Source of the DNA: Methanotrichaceae archaeon
GTDB taxonomy: Archaea > Halobacteriota > Methanosarcinia > Methanotrichales > Methanotrichaceae
Length of the DNA: 64,000 nucleotides
Direction: 5' to 3'
Assembly: GCA_963813075.1 (NCBI GenBank)
Contig: CAWEXU010000004.1
Location: 288,001-352,000, forward strand
The position numbers and the translations under genes are program-made. The notes beneath the pieces are model-generated. The model had not been told where the DNA came from. It did no database searches and was given only the letters and a program-made list of their open reading frames with translations. This document shows, piece by piece, positions 1-10,527 of the stretch; within the stretch, counting starts at the first letter, position 1; each line of letters begins with the position of its first letter.

Positions 1-261
1 AGCGGATATGCCGCAGGCTATCTCCTGGCCGATGTAGACACCTTCGGAGACCAGGATGTATCTCATCTCGCCGCTGCTCAGGGCCACCAGGCCCACAGGA
101 GCGGTACGAGCTGGGTCGCGTACAATATCCTGGACGATCCCTTTGACGGTTTCGTTCTGATCTGTTTTCAGGTGCTTGATGTCCGCTCTGTACCGGTGAG
201 AGGGTGCCCTATACCTAGGACCTCCTGCGCCTCTATTTTGAGATATGATTCGATGTCCCAT
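1..261 (-). CDS. rpl2: 50S ribosomal protein uL2, N-terminal part (runs off window)
   Basis: Own translation from ATG at 261: MGHRIISQNRGAGGPRYRAPSHRY...DIVRDPARTAPV; follows rpl23. Confidence 0.95.
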   Translation of the reverse strand, partial: MGHRIISQNRGAGGPRYRAPSHRYRADIKHLKTDQNETVKGIVQDIVRDPARTAPVGLVALSSGEMRYILVSEGVYIGQEIACGISA

Positions 262-271
262 TGTATTCCAC

Positions 272-520
272 CTACAGCAGTCCTAGCCTTGTGGCCAACT
301 CGTTCGCGCTGCCCTCTTTGGCCAGCTTCACTACCGCCTTCTTCTGTCCCTGAGAGGTGATCATGGTCCTGACTGCCAGGACATTGATATCATAAAGATC
401 CTCCAGGGCTTTTTTGATCTCGGGCTTGGTGGCATTTATGTTCACCAGGAACTCCAGGGTGTCATTGGAGTCGATCATGCTGGTGACCTTTTCAGTAACA
501 TAAGGGCTCTTGATAATCAT
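272..520 (-). CDS. rpl23: 50S ribosomal protein uL23
   Basis: [10 protein letters not shown]...KKAVVKL; operon position. Confidence 0.96.
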   Translation of the reverse strand: MIIKSPYVTEKVTSMIDSNDTLEFLVNINATKPEIKKALEDLYDINVLAVRTMITSQGQKKAVVKLAKEGSANELATRLGLL

Positions 521-1290
521 TGGTTTGCCTCCGGAGAGCCTTTTCTTGCCAGCTTCTCAAGGGACGACTCTGTCCAGACGGTAAGTCTTCCTGCCCTGGT
601 CCCAGGTGCGAGCAGCTCTGCGTTCAGCCGGTCCACGGTGACGAAGTCGACGCCTGGAAGGTTCCGGGCTGCTTTTCCCAGGCCGGAGTCGTTGCCAGCG
701 ACGAATAGCAGGCTCTTTCTGCCTTTATATTTCCTTCCCCGCAGCTTCCCCTTGCCGGCGCGGATGTGCCTTCCTGCTTTTGCCCTCAGGACGTCATCCC
801 ACAGGCCCGCGGCCATGAGGAATTTTATGACATCTGTGGTCTTGGTCAGGGTCTCCAGATCGTTCCTGGCGACAACAGGCAGCTCTCTGGTAAACTTGTG
901 GCCCCGGGCGGATACCAGGCCAGAGGATGCAGTAGCTGCAATCGCTGAGCGGATAGCCTTTCTGCGCTCCTTCTTGTTGATCTTCTCAGTATTGTCCTTA
1001 TTGGGCTGCGGCGCATGCGACCTGCGGCCGCCCACGGCCATGGGGACGCCTGCTGCTCTTCTGCCGTTCTTGAGCCTCAGGACTCTGGAGGTGCCGTGCC
1101 CAGTGCCCCAGGATACGGCGGAGGTGTTCATGCCGGCATAAAAGTGAGGTCCGTAAGCCTGAAGCCTGTTGGCCTGGGCTGCCAGGACCGTCCTCTTGAT
1201 TATGTCCGGCCGGTACTCCTCCTCGAAGACTGCGGGAAGCTCAACCTCGCCTGCCGCATTTCCCGATAGATCGATTACATTGATTTTCAT
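517..1290 (-). CDS. rpl4: 50S ribosomal protein uL4
   Basis: [33 protein letters not shown] motifs. Confidence 0.97.
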   Translation of the reverse strand: MKINVIDLSGNAAGEVELPAVFEEEYRPDIIKRTVLAAQANRLQAYGPHFYAGMNTSAVSWGTGHGTSRVLRLKNGRRAAGVPMAVGGRRSHAPQPNKDNTEKINKKERRKAIRSAIAATASSGLVSARGHKFTRELPVVARNDLETLTKTTDVIKFLMAAGLWDDVLRAKAGRHIRAGKGKLRGRKYKGRKSLLFVAGNDSGLGKAARNLPGVDFVTVDRLNAELLAPGTRAGRLTVWTESSLEKLARKGSPEANQ

Positions 1291-1293
1291 TGC

Positions 1294-2298
1294 TTAGACC
1301 CCCTGCTTGGATTCCTGGCTCACATGGAGCAGCTCGGGAGCTTTCTCGAAGTTCTTTCCAGGCCTTATGGCATGTCTCATCCGGACGAGCCTCTTGATGG
1401 GGCCGGGGACGCTTCCCTTGATCAGGATATACTGATTTCTCACCACGCCATAGCCGGGGAATCCCCCGTCCGGGGTGATCTTCGATCCGTCGGTGCCGAT
1501 GAACATGAGCCTCTTATTATATTCTGTCCTCTGGTGGTAGCCCATCTGGCCCAGTTGGGGAACGCGCCAGCTGATGTGGGCTGGGTGCCAGGGGCCGAGG
1601 TTGCCAACGTGACGGACTTTGCCCGTCCGGGCGTGCTTTCTCTTGGCCATGGCGATTCCCCAGCGTCTGACCGGGCCCTGGGTGCCTTTGCCTTTGGTAA
1701 CGGCAGAGGTGTCCATCAGGTCGCCCAGGTCAAAGACGCTGGAGACCGGGACCTGCTGGCCCAGCAGTGTCTGGGCAAAGGAGAGCCTGTCATTCATTGA
1801 GCCGCCGTTGATTGGCATCTCCATGATCTCAGGGACCTTCTTGGGAATTCCGGATACGAGTGACGGATTGGTGTGCACCAGGACGCGGACATCGGCGATG
1901 TCCTCGCCAATAGCTGCCAGGTCGCCAGCTGTTGTCCCGCGGGTCTTCTTGGGAACGGTCATCGCTCGGGAGAGCTCGGGGCTAAGGTTCTCTGCCCACA
2001 GCTCGCCTGCCGGGCGCAGGCCGCCGTTGTAGGTCTCGTAGGCGCGAACAGCCACCACGTTCATGGGGGGGACCTCAAGAACGGTTACGGGCATGCTGAT
2101 CTCCATGCCCTCGGTGAGGCTGCGCGGCCGGTCATCTATCATCATGACATGGGTCATGCCTGCCTTGTAGCCGGCAAACCCTGCTATCCTGGCCTTGTCC
2201 TCGTCGGGCCAGCTTCTGATCCTGGGGACCTCGCTCTTGGCCCTCTTTCTGGGGCTGTAGGCCAGCGAACCTCGTCTAGGTCGGTGTATTGTTGCCAT
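1294..2298 (-). CDS. rpl3: 50S ribosomal protein uL3
   Basis: PRRGSLAYSPRKRA, GYKAGMTH, GQMGYHQRTEYNK. Confidence 0.98.
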   Translation of the reverse strand: MATIHRPRRGSLAYSPRKRAKSEVPRIRSWPDEDKARIAGFAGYKAGMTHVMMIDDRPRSLTEGMEISMPVTVLEVPPMNVVAVRAYETYNGGLRPAGELWAENLSPELSRAMTVPKKTRGTTAGDLAAIGEDIADVRVLVHTNPSLVSGIPKKVPEIMEMPINGGSMNDRLSFAQTLLGQQVPVSSVFDLGDLMDTSAVTKGKGTQGPVRRWGIAMAKRKHARTGKVRHVGNLGPWHPAHISWRVPQLGQMGYHQRTEYNKRLMFIGTDGSKITPDGGFPGYGVVRNQYILIKGSVPGPIKRLVRMRHAIRPGKNFEKAPELLHVSQESKQGV

Positions 2299-3156
2299 TT
2301 AGTCCTCCAAACTCACCAGGTTGAGAAGGGCGAGGGTGGCGAAAACCGCTTCCTCCACTCGTACTGTCTCTGTTCCCTGATGGGGAATGGTGTTGATCAT
2401 TTCATACCTCTTCATTGATTCTTCACTCAAGAACGCATCCAGACCTCGTGCGGGTGAGCCGAAGGCCACTGCAAGGTCGCTATTGGTGCCTGATTGGCCC
2501 AACTCTTGGAGTACCCGGGGCGTTACCGCCCGGCCACTTCTGGAGGCGAGAACGATTCGGGCATCTATGAGCGATGCCAGGTAGCCTTCAAGGCTATCCA
2601 CTATCTCGGTCTCGTAGCCCCAGTAATGGGGTATATCCTTCTGGTCCACAGGCTCAGCGGCGAGCGGTTCCTGCGAAAAGATTCTGACACTTAGGCGCTG
2701 CCCTACCGGGAACTTTTCTCCGGTGCGAAGGGGAATTGGGCGATTGATTCCGATTTCCACCCAGACGCCGCCATCAGATCCGACGCTTTCAACGACTGCT
2801 CCGACGCGAAACTCGCCAATCTTGAGCGATTCTGATTTTGAGTTGATGGGATGATGACTTGTGCGCAGCGGCGGCAGCATTCCCACGTGGCGCAGCTCTT
2901 CCCGGCGGGGGATGAGCAGCTTTCTGAGATATTGGGGGGTTTCCATGTAGCGCAGGATCATGGATATGAACCGGGAATCGTTGTATTCCGGATCCCGGTA
3001 GATCACTATCCTGTTTACACGGAAGACTGCTGCTGCCCTTGCGATTTGGCCAACTTTGAGCGTGTTGACACGCGTATCCCTGCTCTCCATGGTGAGAGAG
3101 GACGGGATAAGGATGGCTCTCTCGCAGCGTCCAGTCATCAGGTTTTCCCTCCTCAC
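2299..3156 (-). CDS. SPOUT-family RNA methyltransferase (DUF171 type); start may be 3138
   Basis: GQIARAAAVFRV, YMETPQYLRK, NTIPHQGTETVRVEEA; usual archaeal position upstream of rpl3. Confidence 0.9.
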   Translation of the reverse strand: MRRENLMTGRCERAILIPSSLTMESRDTRVNTLKVGQIARAAAVFRVNRIVIYRDPEYNDSRFISMILRYMETPQYLRKLLIPRREELRHVGMLPPLRTSHHPINSKSESLKIGEFRVGAVVESVGSDGGVWVEIGINRPIPLRTGEKFPVGQRLSVRIFSQEPLAAEPVDQKDIPHYWGYETEIVDSLEGYLASLIDARIVLASRSGRAVTPRVLQELGQSGTNSDLAVAFGSPARGLDAFLSEESMKRYEMINTIPHQGTETVRVEEAVFATLALLNLVSLED

Positions 3157-3238
3157 AAGAGAGTGGATATATAAAAAGGTTTGGAGATATAGAGAAAATG
3201 AGGGGATTGGATTCTGACAGAGGTACGAAGCGCCTTGA

Positions 3239-6200
3239 TCACCCTCTGGGGAAGGCGGCCTCGATCAGGCTTTGGCCCCGGTCCTTGCTGTAGGCTTCAG
3301 CTGCTTCCTTTATCATGGCATCTAACTGTTCTTGAGTGTAATTGAGCTGGGACGCCATACCGGACAGAGCTTTGAAGTCGCTTTCTGTATCTCCATGCCC
3401 AATGGATGCATCAACCATACAGCATAGAGCCACAAGCCTCAAACCCTCCTGCGATCGGCCTTGCTCCCAAGCGAGGAAACCAAGCTGGTAGAAGGTCGCA
3501 GCTTCGCCTGCCCGATCGCCGATCTGCTGCCTGATTTTCATGGCCGTCTCGAACTTCTCACGCGCTCCCTCGTACTCGCCTTTGTAAAGATCGATCGAGG
3601 CTAGATTATGCCAGGTCTGAGCCTCGCCGGCCTGATCGCCGATCTGCTGCCTGATCCTCATGGCCTTATCGAACTTCTCCAGTGCCGCCTCGTACTCTCT
3701 CTTGTAAACGTCGATCGAGGCCAGATTATGCCAGGTCGGAGCCTCGCCAGCCCGGTCTCCGATCTGCTGCTTGATCTTCATTGCCTTATCGAACTTCTCT
3801 AGTGCCGCCTCGTACTCTCCCCTGTAAACATCGATCGTGGCCAGATTATGCCAGGTCGGAGCCTCGCCGGCCCGGTCGCCGATCTGCTGCATGATTTTCA
3901 TGGCCTTCTCGAACTTCTCACGCGCCGCCTCGTAGTCGCCTTTCTTGAGATCGATCGAGGCCAGATGATGCCAGGTCGAAGCCTCGCCGGCCCGGTCGCT
4001 GATTTGCTGCCTGATTTTCATGGCCGTCTCGAACTTCTCACGCGCCGCCTCGTAGTCGCCTTTGTTAAGATCGATCGTGGCCAGATTGATGCCAGGTCGA
4101 AGCCTCGCCCGCCCGGTCGCCGATCTGCTGCATGATTTTCATGGCCTTCTCGAACTTCTCACGCGCCGCCTCGTACTCGCCTTTCTTGAGATCGATCGTG
4201 GCCAGGCCATGCAGGGCGACTGCAGCTTCATTTTGATTCGAGCCAGAAGCATCGATGCTGCGCTGGTACCAGATTCGGGCTAGATCGTACTCACCTTGCT
4301 GCAGGTAGGTTCTTGCTATCCAGCTCATGGGAGAGGGATGTCTCTCATAATTCAGCAACTCGAAGTTGAGCTGCCTTGCGCCATCATATAGTCCGCTCTG
4401 AACGAGAAAGCCTGACAGACGATCGGTTATAATTCTGGCCAGCTCCAGCTCCTTCGCCTGTAAGTACTGGTAGCGCGCCTCCATCAAGCAGTCCACCAAG
4501 GATAGGCCAAGTTCGCTTTCCAGGTCTTGCCTGTCCATCCCGACCAGGAAATCGCCTGCTAGCTTGTGAGCATTCTTTCGCTCATCCGGGGAGAGCCTTT
4601 CCTGCAGCCAGCCCCGCAGCAGACCGTATACAAACCATAAAGGAGCGTCGGATCTTCCAGTCTCCTGATAAGATAAAGGCACGGTCCTGCCAGCTGCTGG
4701 CAAACGCCTGCACCTTATCCAGAGGCTCGCCTGAGGCAGCTGCCAGGCCCTCCAGGGTTACAGGGACACTATAAACTGCCGACCGGCAGAGAGACTTCTG
4801 CGATTCGGGGACTGAGATAGCCATAAAGCCGCTCAGCGAAGATCTCTCCAAAGTATTTGTCCTGCAATCTCTGAAGCTCACCTGGCTCGGTCTCAGCAGG
4901 CAGCTCCGCATGGGCCAGCTCCTCCTTCAATGATTTGGCATCCATTTCCTTGACGGCTTCACGGATCTGGAGGAGGAAGCGAGGCGTGCCGCCGAATTTC
5001 CGATAGAGCTCTCTTAAGAGGAACATGGGAAGCTCGCCCGACCGGCTGCGCCTCTCCACCACCGGGTCGCGCTGCATGATCTTCAGGAAAGAGGATTCGG
5101 GGAAGTCGGCCAGGTCCTCCTGATGGACCCTGGAGGGCAGAACTGGCACATCAGAGGGCGGATAGCGGGTGGTGACGATGGCCCGGGAGCCTCCCGAAAG
5201 CTGGTCGAGCAGGTGCCTGTAGAACCCTGCTATCTCCGGGTCCAGGATGTGCCGGTCTTCCTCGTCCAGGTTGGTCTCGAAGTTGTCAAGGAGCAAGAGG
5301 AAGCGCCCTTCATTCAGAGCGGCAACTGAATCATGCAGTTTGCTTTCCACAGAAAGCCTGGGATTGCTCAGATCCTCAGCCAGTGCCGCCAGCTCATCAG
5401 CCTTCTGCATATTTCCCTGGGCTTTATTCTTTCTTCCTGCCTTACGGAAGGCATCGCCGAAAGCCCGCAGAAGACGGGCAGAGTTCAAGGGATTCTCTTT
5501 AGAGCTGGGAACGGGGATGGGGACAAAGCCACCGGTCTCCAGCCTGCGGGTCAGTCTGGTGGCCAGTGTGCTCTTGCCGCTGCCACCCATGCCGGTGATG
5601 ATCAAAACCTGCAGATCGCCCCGGCGCAATGCGGGCAGAAGCCTCTGCTGCTCGCGCCTGCGCCCTACGAAATGTTCTGCATATCCCTCCTTCATGCCGG
5701 GCAGGGCATCCAGAACCATGTTCTGCCGGGTCAAAGCCTCCGGCGGTTTGCTGGGATCGAATATCTGGAGCTGTTTCGTGGCAGAATAGATGACGGGCAG
5801 TGTCCATGACGGGTCGCCGCACTCCCGGCACGCCTTCCAGGCTTCCTGGCGGGCTAAGAGAAGAGCCCGGTCCACAGGCTGGGCGTCCTTGAGCGTTTTG
5901 TAGAATGTGCGGGCGAAGTTTGTGGCCAGGTCGTCGGCGATGGATGCCGCCCAGCCCACGGCCAGGGGGACCTCGGCGCCCACCAGGCTCTGGCAGATAC
6001 CATTCAATACCTCCCGCGGGGCCTGGCCGGACTGGCAGCCGCTCACAAAGACGCACTGCACGCCCGAGCCGGCGAGGAACCGGCGCAGCTCATCCGAGGG
6101 GACGAGATCTGCAGTGCCATCCTCTTTCTCGAAGGCGAAATGGCCCGCGCCATCGAGGACTGCACCGTGGCCGGTCAGGTGGACGATATGGGGCTTGAAC

Positions 6201-6889
6201 TCGCTCACCTTCTCCTTGAGCTCCTCGAAGGTCCCCAGATCGCAGGAGTCGAAGGCCACGTCCTGGCCGTAGATGGCCCGGAAGAGAGCTTCTTCCTCCT
6301 TTTCGTAGTCCAGAGTGGCCAGATTCGAGGGGGAGCAGGCCATGAAGAGCAGGCGCAGGGGCCTTGAGCGCAGATCTCCGGCGAAGGCGGCCATCTGTTT
6401 AATGGAGCTGGGAAAGCGGCGGATTCGGAAGAGGGGATTGATGCCCAGGATTTCACCATCTGGAGGAAGCAAGAGTTCCCAGGGAAGGTTCAAGATCTCC
6501 GGGACCTCTGAACCGATGACCAGAAACCGCAGCGCGCCCACTGGAACTGCCTTTGTGATCTTCTCCCAGGATGTTGCCAGCCAGATGTCGAAGAGCTGCT
6601 TTCCAAGAGCCCTCTGGGCGTCAGCATTCATCTCTGGCCGGCATTTTTGCTCGAAGAGAGCGCCAAATTGGCGGGAAAGCTCCCGCACCGCTTGGGAATC
6701 CTGCAAAGATAGGCTCTGGTTGCTGATGAGTGAGAATTCATTCAGCTGGATATGGAAGAGATATATATTATTAGGACGCACTCCTGCTTCCTTTATGGAT
6801 AATGTGATGATCGGATCCTGGCCCATGTGGTAGCCTCTGGCGTTTAAGATTTTACAGGCGACAATTAAGGAATACCAAATAAGGCACAC
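3239..6889 (-). pseudogene. CHAT (caspase-like) protease + STAND P-loop NTPase + TPR protein, split by three +1 frameshifts (~4808, ~4676, ~4087); may be intact in vivo
   Basis: HIVHLTGHG and VFVSGCQSG (His/Cys dyad), Walker A GMGGSGKST, Walker B LLLLDNFE; ORFs 4769-6889, 4582-4911, 4065-4703 and 3239-4021 join into one protein. Confidence 0.85.
3499..4210 (-). repeat. About six tandem 120-bp (40-aa) TPR-coding repeats with high DNA identity
   Basis: ccagattatgccaggtc-like unit recurs at 3601, 3721, 3841, 3961, 4081 and more divergently at ~4202. Confidence 0.95.
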
Positions 6890-7050
6890 GATCGATTAAA
6901 AAATGATGTGTAAATAACAGCCTATTCCAGAGTTATAACCTATCTTTTGGGATATCTATAAATGCGTGAGAGATCATCTAAACCCTTTACAGGAGCCCAT
7001 AACTCAAGTACCGAACTCAAGTCATAAAGTTGTATATTGAGGAATGTTGA

Positions 7051-7347
7051 ATGTTATCATCTATGTTGAGCACAGTAAGTAGCACTGTAAGCGCTACGAC
7101 GATTAGTGCCCCTTGCGCCTTAAGCACCGCTCCCGTGCTCAGCACTTTTGCGACGATTGGTGTCTCTGATCTCAGCGTTGTAAGCCTCATATGCCTCATT
7201 GCGTTGCTCAGCGCCTCAGATCTCCTATCTGATTCGACTCTTTGGAACAAGCGCCTGTCCACGATGCTGAATCTCTCTATTGTGCCAATGGTCCTAACAT
7301 TCTCCTTGATTGTGATCGATAAGGTCATCGAAGCCGTGACCAGATAA
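7051..7347 (+). CDS. Small membrane protein, Ser/Thr-rich N-terminus, two hydrophobic helices
   Basis: GAGGA RBS-like site upstream; hydrophobic segments VVSLICLIALL and LSIVPMVLTFSLIVI. Confidence 0.65.
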   Translation: MLSSMLSTVSSTVSATTISAPCALSTAPVLSTFATIGVSDLSVVSLICLIALLSASDLLSDSTLWNKRLSTMLNLSIVPMVLTFSLIVIDKVIEAVTR

Positions 7348-8055
7348 ATAATATTCTATTCATTAAACATTTTCGTATCGGAATAATTCCAGTGAGCACT
7401 ATCTGGAAATCAACTCAGGAGATATAAGGCAGAGGGTAGCGGCAGAAAGATAATGTGTGGCGGAGACCCACTCCAGCCTGGTGTAACGAACACGATTGTC
7501 ACGAGAGGCTTGTTCTTTTTGATATGGAGCACAGATCCCAGTGCTAAGAAGGCCAGGTCAGTTCTGCAAAGGGGCCGGCAATAAACAGGGACAGCCCAGG
7601 CGGGTGAAGTGGATCATCCAACAGGTTCTAACATTCTTACTTGGTGACATTAATTTTGATACTAACGGTTGATTCCAAACCTTTAATTCAATCTGCCATA
7701 TATCTGCATGTTTGGAGATTCTACCTTTCCATTCATTGAATTGTATGGAATTTTCCAAAGCTAATGGCTGAATTGATGCATGATAGGAGGCCTTAGCTTA
7801 TAGCGTATGCTGTCGAAAATGAAATTTGTCGCGTTATGTTCCTTGCGTCCTTCATTTGTTTTCGAATTGTGCTAACCAGTTTTATAAGAATGTACTGCAC
7901 CACTAAGTGAACCGTGGCAAGCTGGGTGCTGAAGACAAGCTTTGAGGTGTAGGATGTTGCTGAAACCCAACGAATTCACTATAGAGATAATGAGACAAAA
8001 AAACGATTTGAATGTTATTGAATTTCTATTCTAATGATAATATCATAAAATTTGT

Positions 8056-9060
8056 TTGGAGGCGATATACATAACTCTGATCATAGCGGCGATGCCTGCC
8101 TATAACGAGGAGCGCTCCATCGCTAAGATGGTTCTGGGCTGCAAGAAGTACGTCGACCGAGTGGTCGTCGTGGACGATGGCAGCTCAGACGCCACGGCTG
8201 AGATCGCCGCATCCGTGGGAGCCTATGTTGTTCGGCATAAATTGAACTCTGGCTACGGCGCGGCTCTTCAAACCTGTTTTAAAACGGCTCGGGAGATGGG
8301 CGCAGATAGAATGGTTATCATCGACTCTGACGGGCAGCATGACCCGGAGGAGATACCGCAGCTTCTCCTACCTTTAAGCAGGGGAGTGGACCTGGTGATA
8401 GGCTCGCGGTTCTGTAACGGAAACGGCAAGGACATTCCCGCCTATCGCAAGATCGGCATGAAGGTTCTGGATATCACCACTCGCATTGTGGGCGGTATAA
8501 GCGTCACCGACAGTCAGAGCGGTTTTCGGGCCTATGGCAGACGGGCGATAGACTGCATTTGCATCGATGACAACGGCATGTCTGCCGGCTCGGAGATACT
8601 TCTTCAGGCTAAGGACAACAAATTTAAGGTCGAGGAGGTGGAGATCCATTGCAGCTACGATGTGGAGAGGGCCTCGACTGAGAATCCTGTGAGCCATGGG
8701 GTTAAAGTGCTACTGAACCTACTGCAGGATATGGAGATGAGAAGGCCGCTGTACTATTTCACCGTGCCCGGGATGTTACTGGCTGCGGCGGGGATCGGGA
8801 TCGGCCTCAATCTTCTCAGGATCTTCTATCATGGTGGGCAATTGAACTACAGCCTTACCTTGCTCATGATTCTGCTGACACTGGTGGGATCATTCATGGC
8901 TTTTACAGGGATTATTCTGCATGCGATCTCTAAGCTGATCAATCAATCAATGAAGCGGCTGGATAATTCCAAAATGCAGCGGGCAGAATTGGTGCGCTCT
9001 GGGGTGGGGATCTTTCCAAGCACGGCTATGGATCAACCATACGAAATGTCGATAGACTAA
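8056..9060 (+). CDS. Glycosyltransferase family 2 (Dol-P-sugar synthase-like) with two C-terminal TM helices
   Basis: MPAYNEE, VVDDGSSD, IDSDGQHDP, TDSQSGFRAY. Confidence 0.93.
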   Translation: MEAIYITLIIAAMPAYNEERSIAKMVLGCKKYVDRVVVVDDGSSDATAEIAASVGAYVVRHKLNSGYGAALQTCFKTAREMGADRMVIIDSDGQHDPEEIPQLLLPLSRGVDLVIGSRFCNGNGKDIPAYRKIGMKVLDITTRIVGGISVTDSQSGFRAYGRRAIDCICIDDNGMSAGSEILLQAKDNKFKVEEVEIHCSYDVERASTENPVSHGVKVLLNLLQDMEMRRPLYYFTVPGMLLAAAGIGIGLNLLRIFYHGGQLNYSLTLLMILLTLVGSFMAFTGIILHAISKLINQSMKRLDNSKMQRAELVRSGVGIFPSTAMDQPYEMSID

Positions 9061-9103
9061 AAAATGGAGAAATAGAGAATATATCTATAATCAAATCAGG
9101 ATT

Positions 9104-9949
9104 TTGGATATGATCAATGCCTTAGTAGTGGATCTTGAGCACTGGTATTCTCCTGAACTGTTAAAGGAGCACCTTCCTGCAGAAAGGCCTGATCAAATAG
9201 AAGCATCTATAAGACCCATCTTGGCTTTGCTTGATAAATATAGAGTGCGCGCAACTTTTGCTGTGCTGGGCACAGTAGCGAGAGATCACCCTAATCTCGT
9301 AAAAGAAATATATGATATGGGGCATGAAATTGCATCTCATGCTTGGTCGCATAGAACTCTCTATGAGCTAGGCCCGCAGAACTTCGAAGTCGAAATCGCC
9401 AAATCGGTAGATCTTTTGCGATCGATAACCGGTGAGAATCCGGTTGGATTTCGTGCACCTAGCTTTTCTCTGGATAATTCAACCAAGTGGGCCTTCGAGG
9501 TGCTGGAGCGATACGAATTTAAATACGATGCGAGTGTTTTTCCCATAAAGACAATGATTTATGGTGTTCCTGATGCGCCTTTGCATATCTACAGACCCTC
9601 TCATGATGATATCACAATCGATGACCCCTCTGGAAAAATCGTTGAATTTCCTATGACTGTAATTAGAGCTGGAAGGAATTTGCCTTTTGCGGGTGGTTTT
9701 TATCTTCGAATTCTGCCTTTCACGATTATCAAGTTTGGGATAAAAAGAGCAAATAAAGAACGGCCTGCAATAGTCTATATTCATCCATGGGAGACATATT
9801 CGGAAACGATTCGGGTAGATTTACCACCTTTTCCAAGGTTTGTAACCTATTATGGAATACGATCCACCCTAAAGAAATTGGATGGCCTGCTAAGGGAATT
9901 TGAGTTTACAAGCATACTTGAATGCCTCAATTATCACTCTTATCTTTAA
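9104..9949 (+). CDS. Polysaccharide deacetylase (DUF3473-associated type)
   Basis: VDLEHW, HEIASHAWSH, GFRAPSFS, GGFYLR, YIHPWE. Confidence 0.9.
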   Translation: MDMINALVVDLEHWYSPELLKEHLPAERPDQIEASIRPILALLDKYRVRATFAVLGTVARDHPNLVKEIYDMGHEIASHAWSHRTLYELGPQNFEVEIAKSVDLLRSITGENPVGFRAPSFSLDNSTKWAFEVLERYEFKYDASVFPIKTMIYGVPDAPLHIYRPSHDDITIDDPSGKIVEFPMTVIRAGRNLPFAGGFYLRILPFTIIKFGIKRANKERPAIVYIHPWETYSETIRVDLPPFPRFVTYYGIRSTLKKLDGLLREFEFTSILECLNYHSYL

Positions 9950-10029
9950 ACGGATCAAATTTAAGACTGATGTAGCTCATTATATTTTACGTGTTGAGTT
10001 CCCTATCAATCATTCCTAAATCGCATTCA

Positions 10030-10501
10030 GCTATGTTAGGCACATCTACTTCGAGAGTCAAAAGAGATTGCTGAGAAGTTTGGGGAAGCTATTCCGCTAC
10101 ATAACATTCTCAAAGAGCTTTACGAGATACTAACCGAGGCTTGGAAAACGATCCTCCGCCAAAAGTCAGAAAGACTTTATGGCAATTGGCGCGAAAAGCG
10201 CTTCGGCACTGGATCATGAAAGAGTATTCTATCGAGAAAGTCCGAAAATTTATCGGGAAAGATCAACAACGTGTTTGACTACAGGTTTACCTTTATCATT
10301 AATCCTGGTGTAGAGACGACCAATAATCGAGTAGAGAGCGTTGCGACCCCATGTGGTTTTGAGAAAGATCTTGGGCACACTTCGCAATGATAAAGGAACA
10401 TCGATTCCTGAGCGAATCATGACGACACTGGCAACTTGGGGACAGAGAGGATTGAATAGTCTCCAAATGCTAACCGAGAAGCTGGCCAGCTAAACACATA
10501 C
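10030..10501 (+). mobile_element. Degenerate 3' fragment of IS66-family element with right end
   Basis: Aligns by eye to 21715-22187; ends agctaaacacatac. Confidence 0.85.
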
Positions 10502-10527
10502 ATTATATTAACAAGGGGGGAGAGTGG

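Noticed and set aside
3499..4210. DGR template/variable repeat pair
   Set aside because: No reverse transcriptase in the window, and repeat differences are not confined to adenines
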